Shown one piece after another: positions 17,359 through 26,139 of a stretch of 32,000 nt of DNA. Numbering within the stretch: position 1 is the first letter of the stretch; the number at the start of each line of letters is the position of its first letter. The stretch is taken from positions 2,700,001 to 2,732,000 of the forward strand of contig OZ245049.1 in assembly GCA_965224465.1 (NCBI GenBank), written 5' to 3'. The notes under the pieces are model-generated. The model was not told the origin of the DNA. It did no database searches and saw only the letters and a program-made list of their open reading frames with translations. The stretch comes from Flavobacteriaceae bacterium. GTDB lineage: Bacteria > Bacteroidota > Bacteroidia > Flavobacteriales > Flavobacteriaceae. Both the position numbers and the translations under genes were made by a program.

Positions 17359-18484
17359 GCTTAAATTCAACTAATAAACGCAACTTTTCGATTTGATTCT
17401 ATGATGGTTATATTTTCAAAACAGAAAAGTAGGAAAACCTACCTTTCTTGTCTTGATGGATATGTATCTTACGGTCTCAAATCTCGAAAAAAGAAGTTGT
17501 ATGAAACACATCACCCAAGCGCAAAGATACACAATTTGTTGCATGTTAAAACAAGGTTATAAACAGGTTGAGATAGCAGCTGCTATAGGAAAAGACAAGT
17601 CTGTTATTAGCAAAGAGATTAAGCGTAATTCAGACAAAAGAAATGGAGTTTACAAGCATGAATTAGCCCAAAAAAAGTATGCTAAACGTCATAAAGAAAA
17701 GCCTAAAAGAAAACGCTTTACAGAAGATATTCAACAAGCAATAGAGTTGTTATTGCGAGACGATTATAGTCCTGAGCAAGTAGTTGGTGTCCTAAAAAAA
17801 CAAGGTAAAGAAACGGTGTCTATTGAGCGTATATATCAGCATATTAGGGAAGACAAGAGGAATGATGGTGATTTACATACACACCTTCGCAGACAGGGAA
17901 GGAGATATAGAAAACGTGGCTCATCAAAGGATTCTAGAGGGGTTATAAAGAATCGTATTAGTATAGAACAACGCCCTGAAGTTGTTGAACAAAGAAATCG
18001 ATTTGGAGATTTAGAGGTCGATTTAATCATAGGTAAAAACCATAATCAAGCCATACTTACCGTAAATGATAGAGCTTCTGGAATGCTTAAAATGAAAAAA
18101 GTAAGCTCTAAAGAAGCAGTTGTTGTCACTAAAGCTATCAATGAAATATTAGAAGACTGGAAGCCTTATCTACATACTATAACAGCTGATAATGGAAAAG
18201 AATTTGCAGGCCATGAGCAGGTTGCAGAAAATTTATGTATTGATTACTTTTTTGCGCATCCATATCACTCTTGGGAAAGAGGATCTAACGAAAATTTAAA
18301 TGGTTTGATTAGACAATATTTTGCCAAAGGAAGTGACTTTACAAACCTAACAGATCAAAGAATCAAAGAGGTAGAAACAAAATTAAATAACAGACCTAGG
18401 AAGAGACATAAATATCAAAACCCTATATTTGTAATGGAACAATTATTATTTAACTAAAAGTTGCGTTTGTGACTTGAATTCAGC
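17359..18484 (+). mobile_element. IS30-family insertion sequence, apparently intact
   Basis: The left end is gcttaaattcaactaataaacgcaactttt (17359-17388). The reverse complement of the right end (18456-18484) is gctgaattcaagtcacaaacgcaactttt, with the inner 13 nt identical. These flank a single transposase ORF. Confidence 0.8.
17501..18457 (+). CDS. IS30-family DDE transposase
   Basis: It has an HTH-like N-terminus (MKHITQAQRYTICCMLKQGYKQVEIAAAIGKDKSVISKEIKRN). The catalytic core reads GDLEVDLIIG...ITADNGKEF...HPYHSWERGSNENLNGLIRQY. I prefer ATG 17501 over the track's 17453. Confidence 0.85.
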   Translation: MKHITQAQRYTICCMLKQGYKQVEIAAAIGKDKSVISKEIKRNSDKRNGVYKHELAQKKYAKRHKEKPKRKRFTEDIQQAIELLLRDDYSPEQVVGVLKKQGKETVSIERIYQHIREDKRNDGDLHTHLRRQGRRYRKRGSSKDSRGVIKNRISIEQRPEVVEQRNRFGDLEVDLIIGKNHNQAILTVNDRASGMLKMKKVSSKEAVVVTKAINEILEDWKPYLHTITADNGKEFAGHEQVAENLCIDYFFAHPYHSWERGSNENLNGLIRQYFAKGSDFTNLTDQRIKEVETKLNNRPRKRHKYQNPIFVMEQLLFN

Positions 18485-18640
18485 ATTTTTATAATTAGAA
18501 ATACTGGATTTCCGCTATATTGAAAAGAGCGAGAACATTTAATCATGCACTAAAAAACGAAAATTCTAAATAAAATACTCCTGAAAACACATTAGTACCC
18601 AATCATCGAAATTTTGTCAGTAAATTTGTCAGCAGAAATG

Positions 18641-18680
18641 AAAAAACCTCTTGAAAATCAATTGATTAACAAGAGGTTTA
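18641..18680 (-). terminator. intrinsic terminator after tRNA-Leu
   Basis: The minus strand reads aacctcttg-(loop)-caagaggtt, a 9-bp stem, followed by ttttttc. It begins directly after the tRNA 3' end. Confidence 0.7.
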
Positions 18681-18681
18681 G

Positions 18682-18765
18682 TACCTTGGGTGGGAATCGA
18701 ACCCACACTCCGAAACCGGAACTGGATTTTGAATCCAGCGCGTCTACCAATTCCGCCACCAAGGC
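18682..18765 (-). tRNA. tRNA-Leu (anticodon CAA)
   Basis: Folded by hand from the reverse complement GCCTTGGTGGCGGAATTGGTAGACGCGCTGGATTCAAAATCCAGTTCCGGTTTCGGAGTGTGGGTTCGATTCCCACCCAAGGTA. It gives a 7-bp acceptor stem and an anticodon stem CTGGA/TCCAG with loop TTCAAAA. It also has a long variable arm and a T-arm GTGGG-TTCGATT-CCCAC. No CCA is encoded. Confidence 0.9.
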
Positions 18766-18837
18766 TTTTAAGACGATGCAAATCTAAAGAATAAAATGAA
18801 GGAATCGCTACAAAATTCACTTTATTTTTAGGGAACT

Positions 18838-19392
18838 TTAATTTTCTAAAAAAAAGTACAAGTCAAAATTTACAAGTAACTCATTTCTAGTAATAACAAG
18901 ACCCAACATGGCAGATGGAGGTTTCATATCAAAATCCGAGAACTTGATTTCCTGACTACCGGAGAGCCTAAAACCATTGTTTTTGGCGAGCATATAAGCC
19001 GCTTTAAAGGATTTCTTTTTAGTAATCCCCGCAACTGTGTACAAAGCGTTATCGGTATATACGGAATCATTTTTAAAATAAAAATCTTCTAAACGAATAC
19101 TAATCATTGGATATGTTTTCGACTGCAATACTTTTAATATCTTTTTTTTCATTCCTTTTTTTGGCGGAACCATCCCTTTTATAGGAAACGCAACAGAAAT
19201 ATGCGTTAGCTGATTTTCTAAACAAACAACTTTTTTTAAGCGCAGCTGACTCATGTTTACTTTAAGGGTCCAATCATGCAAACTAGAATGACCTAAAACA
19301 GCAATTCGACTCTCTGAAACATCCACCTGGAACTGTCCAAAAACAACTATATTGCTCAATAAAGAAAACAGAAAAATTACTTTTTGTATCAT
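18838..19392 (-). CDS. YceI-like periplasmic/secreted protein (tentative)
   Basis: 184-aa ORF with a signal-like N-terminus (MIQKVIFLFSLLSNIVVFGQ). An early S.I...G.S.LHDW pattern and a C-terminal IKFSDFDM...LLVNFDLYF resemble YceI-family features as I recall them. Confidence 0.45.
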   Translation of the reverse strand: MIQKVIFLFSLLSNIVVFGQFQVDVSESRIAVLGHSSLHDWTLKVNMSQLRLKKVVCLENQLTHISVAFPIKGMVPPKKGMKKKILKVLQSKTYPMISIRLEDFYFKNDSVYTDNALYTVAGITKKKSFKAAYMLAKNNGFRLSGSQEIKFSDFDMKPPSAMLGLVITRNELLVNFDLYFFLEN

Positions 19393-19738
19393 AAGAATAT
19401 ATATTTCTACTCCAAAGTTACATAAAATTACAGATTTACAAAAAAATGCCTTCTAAAAATAAAAAAAGGATGTCTTTTGAGAAACATCCTTTATAGTGGG
19501 GAATTTTAACTAATTTAAGGGAAAAGTTAAGTCATATAAAAACAATCGAACATACATGTTCGAACAATCTATTCAATATTAAATTTTAGTACTATGAAAA
19601 CTCATCTTACTGTTTTTTGGGGACGCTTACATAAAAATCTACAGTCACAAATATAGTTAATTATTTGTTCCAACATGTAAAAAAAATAAAAAATCTAATA
19701 ATAATACAGAAATCATAAGTTAACTGTTCAAATATCTT

Positions 19739-19746
19739 TAAATTTG
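19739..19746 (+). promoter_or_regulatory. Bacteroidota-type -7 promoter box (TAnnTTTG) upstream of prs
   Basis: TAAATTTG lies 40 nt upstream of the prs ATG and is followed by a CA-rich leader. The same TTTGCAGCCA continuation occurs upstream of metG. Confidence 0.4.
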
Positions 19747-19785
19747 CAGCCATAAACAACCACACACACAAAACACAACTAAAAC

Positions 19786-20727
19786 ATGGACCATAATCAG
19801 TTAACACCTAAGATTTTTGCTTGTTCTCAAAGTATAGAATTGGCAGAAAAAATTGCCAAGTCTTTTGGAATGGAACTTGGGAAAGTAAAAGTATCTCGCT
19901 TTAGTGATGGAGAATTCCAACCAGCATTTGAAGAATCTGTAAGAGGGCGACGTATTTTTATCATTGGATCTACCTTTCCTACTTCGGACAATTTAATGGA
20001 AATGTTATTAATGCTAGACGCTGCAAAACGCGCATCAGCAAGACATATTACCGCAGTAATCCCTTACTTCGGATGGGCAAGACAAGATCGCAAGGACAAA
20101 CCACGTGTGGCGATTGGCGCAAAACTAGTAGCTAATTTAATTCAAACTGCTGGAGCAACAAGGATTATGACCATGGATTTACACGCAGATCAAATTCAAG
20201 GTTTTTTCGAAAAACCAGTAGATCACTTATACGCATCTACTATATTTTTACCTTATATAGAAAGCTTAAAATTAGAAAATCTATCCATCGCATCTCCTGA
20301 CATGGGAGGTTCTAAAAGAGCCTATGCCTATTCTAAATTTTTACAAAGTGATGTCGTAATTTGTTACAAACAACGAGAAAAAGCCAATATAATTTCTACC
20401 ATGGAATTAATTGGAGATGTAACAGGAAAACATGTAATCTTAGTAGACGACATGATAGATACAGGAGGAACACTAGCAAAAGCTGCTGATATAATGATAG
20501 AAAAAGGAGCCTTAAGTGTACGTGCTATCTGCACCCACCCTATCCTATCTGGCGACGCGTACAACAAAATAGAGAACTCTAAACTTATCGAATTGATTGT
20601 TTCTGACACAATTCCGTTAAAAAGGAAATCTTCTAAAATTAAAGTTGTATCTTGCGCCCCGTTATTTGCTGATGTTATGCTTAATGTGCAGGACAATACA
20701 TCTATCAGCGGTAAATTTTTAATGTAA
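19786..20727 (+). CDS. prs: ribose-phosphate pyrophosphokinase (PRPP synthetase)
   Basis: Motifs seen: RFSDGE, VIPYFGWARQDRK, TMDLHADQIQGFF, and the PRPP-binding loop VILVDDMIDTGGT. Confidence 0.95.
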   Translation: MDHNQLTPKIFACSQSIELAEKIAKSFGMELGKVKVSRFSDGEFQPAFEESVRGRRIFIIGSTFPTSDNLMEMLLMLDAAKRASARHITAVIPYFGWARQDRKDKPRVAIGAKLVANLIQTAGATRIMTMDLHADQIQGFFEKPVDHLYASTIFLPYIESLKLENLSIASPDMGGSKRAYAYSKFLQSDVVICYKQREKANIISTMELIGDVTGKHVILVDDMIDTGGTLAKAADIMIEKGALSVRAICTHPILSGDAYNKIENSKLIELIVSDTIPLKRKSSKIKVVSCAPLFADVMLNVQDNTSISGKFLM

Positions 20728-20750
20728 GAAAATAATTAAATATATTTATA

Positions 20751-21368
20751 ATGAAATCGATTACAATCAAAGGATCTCAAAGAGAAAGCGTAGGTAAAGT
20801 ATCAACCAAAGCCTTACGTAATGCTGGTCAGGTTCCTTGCGTATTATACGGAGGAGACCAAACAGTTCATTTTTCTGCTGAAGAAAAAGCGTTCAAAGCG
20901 TTGGTATATACTCCAAAGGTACATACTGCAACGATTGAACTAGACGGCAAAACGTATGCTGCAATTTTACAGGACATTCAATTTCACCCTGTATCTGACG
21001 CTATTTTACACGTAGATTTTTATCAAATCTTTGACGATAAAGAAATTACCATGAACATTCCTGTTATATTAGAAGGAAGTGCTCCTGGAGTTTTAAATGG
21101 TGGATCTTTACGTTTTACAAACCGTAAACTAAAAATAAAAGCTTTACCAGCTAACTTACCTGACTTTATTACTGCAAACATTTCTGAATTAAAAATTGGA
21201 GACAAATTACAAGTTGCAGAATTAGCTGCTGAAGGTCTTTCTATTTTACATGCAGAGTCAATGGTTGTTGTTCAAGTTAGAACATCTCGTAATTCAACTG
21301 AGGATGAAGCTGAAGGTGAAGAAGGTGAAGCAACAGAAGCTACTGAAGAAGGAGCAGCTACTGAATAA
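20751..21368 (+). CDS. rplY: 50S ribosomal protein L25 / general stress protein Ctc
   Basis: Motifs seen: [25 protein letters not shown] and [15 protein letters not shown], plus an acidic Glu/Ala-rich C-terminal tail. It sits in the conserved prs-ctc-pth order. Confidence 0.9.
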   Translation: MKSITIKGSQRESVGKVSTKALRNAGQVPCVLYGGDQTVHFSAEEKAFKALVYTPKVHTATIELDGKTYAAILQDIQFHPVSDAILHVDFYQIFDDKEITMNIPVILEGSAPGVLNGGSLRFTNRKLKIKALPANLPDFITANISELKIGDKLQVAELAAEGLSILHAESMVVVQVRTSRNSTEDEAEGEEGEATEATEEGAATE

Positions 21369-21385
21369 GCTTAAAAATTACTGTA

Positions 21386-21417
21386 AAAAAGCTCGCTCTT
21401 GGCGGGCTTTTTTCTTT
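21386..21417 (+). terminator. intrinsic terminator after rplY
   Basis: agctcgc-tcttg-gcgggct forms a 7-bp stem with one G-U pair and is followed by tttttctttt. Confidence 0.65.
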
Positions 21418-21418
21418 T

Positions 21419-21461
21419 ATAATTCTTATACAAAATGATCGATATAAATAGTTTGTTTTAT
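21419..21461 (+). repeat. MITE/REPIN-like element, 5' fragment (copy H)
   Basis: ataattcttatacaaaatgatcgatataaatagtttgttttat carries the conserved AAAATGAnnGATATAAATAGTTTnTTTTA core. Confidence 0.65.
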
Positions 21462-21531
21462 ACATGCAATGGATCAAATTTTATAAAAAAAATCGATCCA
21501 TAATAAATCAGAAAACACCACACCGCTTATC

Positions 21532-22113
21532 ATGAAAAAATTTTTAATTGTAGGTCTCGGAAATATTGGTGCTCAATACGAAAACACACGTCATAATATT
21601 GGCTTTAAGGTATTGGACGAATTGGCCAAACAAGAAGGTGTTTCGTTTGAATCTAATAAACTTGGAACTACCACAAGTTTTCGTTTTAAAGGGCGAACTT
21701 TTATGCTACTCAAACCATCAACCTTTATGAATTTGAGCGGAAAAGCAGTGAAATATTGGATGACACAAGAAAAAATACCCGTTGATAACATCTTAATTAT
21801 TACAGATGATATAAACCTCCCCTTTGGAACAATGCGAACCAAAGCAAAAGGAAGCGCTGGTGGACATAATGGACTCAAAGACATTCAAGAAAAATTAAAC
21901 GCCAATAACTATCCAAGATGCAGGATGGGTGTAGGAGCCGAGTTTTCTAAAGGCCGTCAAGTAGATTACGTTTTAGGTGAATGGAGTGCAGGAGAAGAAC
22001 GCTATTTCCCAGAACTACTTGACAAAGGAGCACAACTCGTAAAATCTTTCGGAACAGCAGGATTAGAACGTACAATGAATCATTTTAATGGCTCTATTGA
22101 TATGACTACTTAG
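21532..22113 (+). CDS. pth: peptidyl-tRNA hydrolase
   Basis: Motifs seen: LIVGLGNIGAQYENTRHNIGF, MNLSGKAV, and GSAGGHNGLKDI. Confidence 0.95.
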   Translation: MKKFLIVGLGNIGAQYENTRHNIGFKVLDELAKQEGVSFESNKLGTTTSFRFKGRTFMLLKPSTFMNLSGKAVKYWMTQEKIPVDNILIITDDINLPFGTMRTKAKGSAGGHNGLKDIQEKLNANNYPRCRMGVGAEFSKGRQVDYVLGEWSAGEERYFPELLDKGAQLVKSFGTAGLERTMNHFNGSIDMTT

Positions 22114-22158
22114 TGCAGTTGGCAGTATAGGCAGTGGACAGTAAGGCAGTAGGCAGTG
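22114..22158. repeat. irregular iterations of GGCAGT
   Basis: tgcagt-tggcagt-ataggcagt-ggacagt-aaggcagt-aggcagt-gg, starting at the base after the pth stop codon. Confidence 0.6.
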
Positions 22159-22235
22159 GTTCAATAACAGACAATACGGATACAACAGAACAAACCATCA
22201 CCAAAGCACTTCTCCACATTTTTAATATTGATTGA

Positions 22236-22973
22236 TTACTCGTTTTTAGGCAAAATAACATTGGTCTTAATCGCTTTTAATGCTTTTTTTTGTTTCCTAT
22301 CATACCTCATGATTACAATGGCACTGAAGGCACTTATTATTAGAATTACTAATTTTTGATTGAATGCTATATCGTTTAGCAGTTCGCTTTGAGAAATATT
22401 AAAGAAAGCATGGAATAGCCCTGCAAATAGTAATGATTTTGATCGATCGGCTACATACCCAATTCCTACGCTACCTATAAATAAGACTAGAAAAAAGATT
22501 AAATTCCCAATCGACAGCTCGAAATTTAGATGCCACACAAACCATAGAATAGTAATAATCAGATATTTGATTGTTTTATTCATGCCCCGCAATTCAGATT
22601 GCAAATAATTTCTCCAACCGTATTCCTCAAAAATGGCATAAACCAACATCAACACAATATATTTAGGAGCAATTACGTCCAGTTCTCCCGTATTCAGAAT
22701 TCCAACAATTAAAAACAATACTATTGGGATGCTAATTGCTAAAAGTGATTTAAAAAAACCAATCCCTAATAGTTTTAGTTCATTTGGTCTTTTTAATATT
22801 TTCACCACAAAGAGCCCTCCCAATAATGGACCTATTCCTTGTAATAATACATGTACAAAAAGAGTTGAATTTATAAAAAAATCTGGTTTAAATTCCCTTA
22901 TATAAATTCTCAATCCAATCGCTATCATGTAAAATAGTGTAATTGCTGTAATTTTTTTGATTGAACGTGTCAT
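22236..22973 (-). CDS. CPBP-family intramembrane metalloprotease (CAAX protease-like)
   Basis: A polytopic membrane ORF with the EExxxR motif (FEEYGWRNY) and the later FHAFFN (HxxxN) motif. Confidence 0.8.
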   Translation of the reverse strand: MTRSIKKITAITLFYMIAIGLRIYIREFKPDFFINSTLFVHVLLQGIGPLLGGLFVVKILKRPNELKLLGIGFFKSLLAISIPIVLFLIVGILNTGELDVIAPKYIVLMLVYAIFEEYGWRNYLQSELRGMNKTIKYLIITILWFVWHLNFELSIGNLIFFLVLFIGSVGIGYVADRSKSLLFAGLFHAFFNISQSELLNDIAFNQKLVILIISAFSAIVIMRYDRKQKKALKAIKTNVILPKNE

Positions 22974-23210
22974 GATTTATTTTTACACAAAAAAACAGCT
23001 CTTAATCAATCTCACCAACTTAAGTAGCCTCAGTTGTTGTATTCGCAAGCTGAATTGATCATCGAACCGACTTTTAAATTAACAGCCTTCAAACCGAGAG
23101 TACGAACTATACTACCAAAAGACTATGACCCATTTCGAGGCAGATCCTCAGGGAATTACACCATCAATAAGACAAAAAAAAACAGGAAATCTTAAAACCA
23201 ATAAAGAATA

Positions 23211-24005
23211 CTATACCACATCCATCTTGCGCATCACTTTACTCACTACACGAGGGCAAAATCGTTTTAAATACACAACCAACTTTTCTTTAAAACCACC
23301 AATCACTAATTCTTCTGGGTCACGTTTCATTTTTTTAATAAAACAATCCACAAAATGCCCTACAGACAATCCGTTTTTTGTGGCAGTATCCAAAATATTC
23401 TGAGGACTCCCATCCCCCGTCAAAGCATTAAGAGAAACGTGCGTGTTTACAAAACCAGGACACAGCAATGTAATTTTAACATTGTTCTCATACACCTCCG
23501 CTCTTAAGCTGTCAAAAAAGCCATGTAAGGCATGCTTGGATGCGGAATACGAAGACCTTAATGGAGTCGACACTGTACCAACAACACTGGTAACAACTAT
23601 AAAATACCCCTCATTATTCTGGAAAAAATGCGGTAATATAGCCTTGGTTAAAGCCACCGTACCAATATAATTAACATTCATTATTTTTTGATCCACAGCA
23701 ATACCCGTATCCTTGCCCAAAGAGCGCTGACTGATTCCTCCATTGTGAATAAGTATGTCTACCCTCCCAAATGCCTTAACAGCCTCCGAAACTTTTAAGG
23801 GCATTTGATCAAACGCTTCTAAATCCAAAGGCAAAACACAAACATGCTGTGTATTCTCACAATTAGACCTTACTACATTTAAAGCTTCTTTATTCCTAGA
23901 AGAAAGAATTAGTTTGGTATTTAACTTTGACAATGCTAATGCCATTCCTTTCCCAATACCTGAAGAAGCACCGGTAATCCAAATCACTTTATTATTAAAA
24001 TTCAT
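23211..24005 (-). CDS. short-chain dehydrogenase/reductase (SDR) family oxidoreductase
   Basis: Motifs seen: TGASSGIGKG (TGxxxGxG), HNGG, and the catalytic YSASKHAL (YxxxK). Confidence 0.9.
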   Translation of the reverse strand: MNFNNKVIWITGASSGIGKGMALALSKLNTKLILSSRNKEALNVVRSNCENTQHVCVLPLDLEAFDQMPLKVSEAVKAFGRVDILIHNGGISQRSLGKDTGIAVDQKIMNVNYIGTVALTKAILPHFFQNNEGYFIVVTSVVGTVSTPLRSSYSASKHALHGFFDSLRAEVYENNVKITLLCPGFVNTHVSLNALTGDGSPQNILDTATKNGLSVGHFVDCFIKKMKRDPEELVIGGFKEKLVVYLKRFCPRVVSKVMRKMDVV

Positions 24006-24164
24006 CTTTCAATTTTTACGCAACAAATTAGTGAAAATTTTTTTAAACTTAAATTTTCACTAGATTTGGTCTAGTTATTGCGTAATCCTTATGAAAAATT
24101 AGCGCATATCAATAATTTTCATTTTGTTTGAATCTTATAACATATCAACCATTAAAATACACCT

Positions 24165-25592
24165 ATGAAAAAGTTATTACTTCTAATTGTATTGACCATT
24201 TCCCAATTTGTCTTTGCTCAATCTAGCAAGCACTTAGAATTAATGACAACAGATTCTATAAAAACCCAAGTCACTATTAAAGGTACTTTTGAACCTACAG
24301 CAAATTACACGTGGGTCATCATGTACAGAATAACAGGTTCTCAACAACGGTATGTTGCAAATACGGGATTAAAAAAAGGTAAATTCTCGATGAAAATGCC
24401 TAAAAATGCCATTCAAGGAATGTATAGATTAACCTACGACATAAACAATAATGGCTATATAGACTTCATCTACAATAACAAAAACATAGAACTGGTTTTT
24501 AACCCAAGAAAGCCTAACAATTCTGTAAAGTTTATACATTCAGAAGAGAACAAATACTTCCAATCCTATTTGATGGATAGTCGCAAACTCCAAAACAAAT
24601 TGGATGCACTCCAAATCTCTTATTTTAAAACAAAAAACAAGAAAAAAATAGCTAAAGACTACCGATCCGTTTATAAAAACATAGAAAAAAAACAAGAAAA
24701 ATATGCCGACACATCGAGAGCTACAATCAGTGAGAGTTTTATCTATGCCCTACAAAAATACAACACACCAGAAATAATTGAAACAGGACAAGAATACCTG
24801 AATAGCACCAAGGCACATTTTTTTGATTTTATAGATTTCAAAAACCCTTTATTGATGAATTCCACAATCATCACAAAAAAGGTTGTGAATTACATTTATT
24901 ACTTAAACACTTCTAGTGATTATCAAATGCAACAGGCGCTGTACAAACGCTCGCTGCTAGATGTTTTTGAAAAAACAGAAGACCAACCAAAATTAGAAGC
25001 AGAATTACTGACTACCTTAATGTATGGATTTGTTCAAATGAAAAACCTGCCAATGGTAGATTTCATAATGGATACTTATTATAAAAAACTACCTTTAAAC
25101 ATACAAGACCCTGAGGTAATTAAAAGTATTACACTACAAACAAAGGTAGCTGTAGGGCGTATTGCTCCAGATTTTAGCTATGACGACGGAAAAAAATTAA
25201 ATCAATTTTATTCCATTAAAAACCAAGAACCTATTGTATTGGTTTTTTGGAGTACTAGTTGCTCACATTGCCTCAAGGAAATCCCTTTATTGCACGCCTA
25301 TTCAAAGCTACATAAAAACATAAAAATAGTTGCCGTAGCGCTAGAAAAAGATGAACTCGGTTTTAATCATTATAAAGAAGAACTAGCAAACTTCACCAAC
25401 ATACTGGCTTTAGACAAATGGAAAAACCCCATTGCTAAATTGTACAATATCAATTCAACACCTAATTATTTTATAGTAGACACGCATAAAAAAATAATTG
25501 CAAAGCCTAAAGACGTAAAAGAACTAAAAGCCTTTTTTAATACTTTAGAGAATAAAGCAACGGATACAATCCCATTAAAAGAGAACAAATAA
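24165..25592 (+). CDS. secreted TlpA/AhpC-like thiol-disulfide oxidoreductase with a long N-terminal domain
   Basis: It has a signal peptide (MKKLLLLIVLTISQFVFAQ). The C-terminal thioredoxin fold carries WSTSCSHC (CxxC) and a ...STPNYFIVD... block. Confidence 0.75.
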   Translation: MKKLLLLIVLTISQFVFAQSSKHLELMTTDSIKTQVTIKGTFEPTANYTWVIMYRITGSQQRYVANTGLKKGKFSMKMPKNAIQGMYRLTYDINNNGYIDFIYNNKNIELVFNPRKPNNSVKFIHSEENKYFQSYLMDSRKLQNKLDALQISYFKTKNKKKIAKDYRSVYKNIEKKQEKYADTSRATISESFIYALQKYNTPEIIETGQEYLNSTKAHFFDFIDFKNPLLMNSTIITKKVVNYIYYLNTSSDYQMQQALYKRSLLDVFEKTEDQPKLEAELLTTLMYGFVQMKNLPMVDFIMDTYYKKLPLNIQDPEVIKSITLQTKVAVGRIAPDFSYDDGKKLNQFYSIKNQEPIVLVFWSTSCSHCLKEIPLLHAYSKLHKNIKIVAVALEKDELGFNHYKEELANFTNILALDKWKNPIAKLYNINSTPNYFIVDTHKKIIAKPKDVKELKAFFNTLENKATDTIPLKENK

Positions 25593-25717
25593 TCGCAAAT
25601 ATCTATTTACACATCACACCATTATTTGGTTTAACTAAACGAAAGCTATAACAAAAAGCGTGAATATACTATAAAAGGAACATGGCCGACATGGGAATTA
25701 CACCAATTAAATTTCAC

Positions 25718-26083
25718 TTAAAAGAATAAAAAACCATCCTCTATATGTTCAATTTTTCGCTCTTTTGAATTTAAAACAATGGCCATAATATCAAACCGCA
25801 CTTCTTTGCTCCATTGCAATCTTTGCACATACTCGTCGGCAGCATCAACAATATGACCAATTTTTTTAGGAGTGATAAAATCTTGCGGATCCCCAAAATC
25901 ATCTGTACTACGAGTTTTGACTTCAACAATTACCAACACATCGTCTTTTTTAGCAATAATATCAATTTCTGCCTTTTTAAAATACCAATTTCGTTCGCAA
26001 ATCTGATAGCCATTATCAATCAAATAATCTGCCGCTACTTGCTCTCCTTCCTTTCCTAACTCGTTATGTGATGCCATAGTCAA
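25718..26083 (-). CDS. yraN: YraN-family (UPF0102) endonuclease-like protein
   Basis: The 121-aa ORF reads GKEGEQVAADYLIDNGYQICERNWYFKKAEIDIIAKKDDVLVIVEVKTR, the typical family core. Confidence 0.85.
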   Translation of the reverse strand: MTMASHNELGKEGEQVAADYLIDNGYQICERNWYFKKAEIDIIAKKDDVLVIVEVKTRSTDDFGDPQDFITPKKIGHIVDAADEYVQRLQWSKEVRFDIMAIVLNSKERKIEHIEDGFLFF

Positions 26084-26139
26084 TCATTTTTATTTAGCGA
26101 TATTTTGAACTTGTACATAAATACCAACACAAATGCTCA

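Noticed and set aside
17340-18500. Target-site duplication flanking the IS30 element
   Set aside because: The sequences immediately outside my inferred inverted repeats (…taattgaa | atttttat…) show no clear 2-3 nt duplication. The exact IR ends are uncertain by a few nt, so no claim is made.
18488-18681. att-type direct repeat of the tRNA-Leu 3' end that would delimit an integrated island
   Set aside because: I could not find a second copy of the tRNA 3' segment (gggaatcgaacccac...) by reading the window, and no integrase gene is present. This needs a computational repeat search before any claim.
18629-18820. 63-aa minus-strand ORF
   Set aside because: It completely overlaps the tRNA-Leu gene and its terminator. 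The reading frame is a by-product of the tRNA sequence.
19546-19563. LexA/SOS (Cheo-type) box
   Set aside because: The half-sites CGAAC/GTTCG are present, but the spacer is 6 nt instead of 4. The site is upstream of the yceI-like and prs genes rather than the polymerase cassette. I do not know an established LexA motif for this lineage. I kept it only as a generic palindrome.
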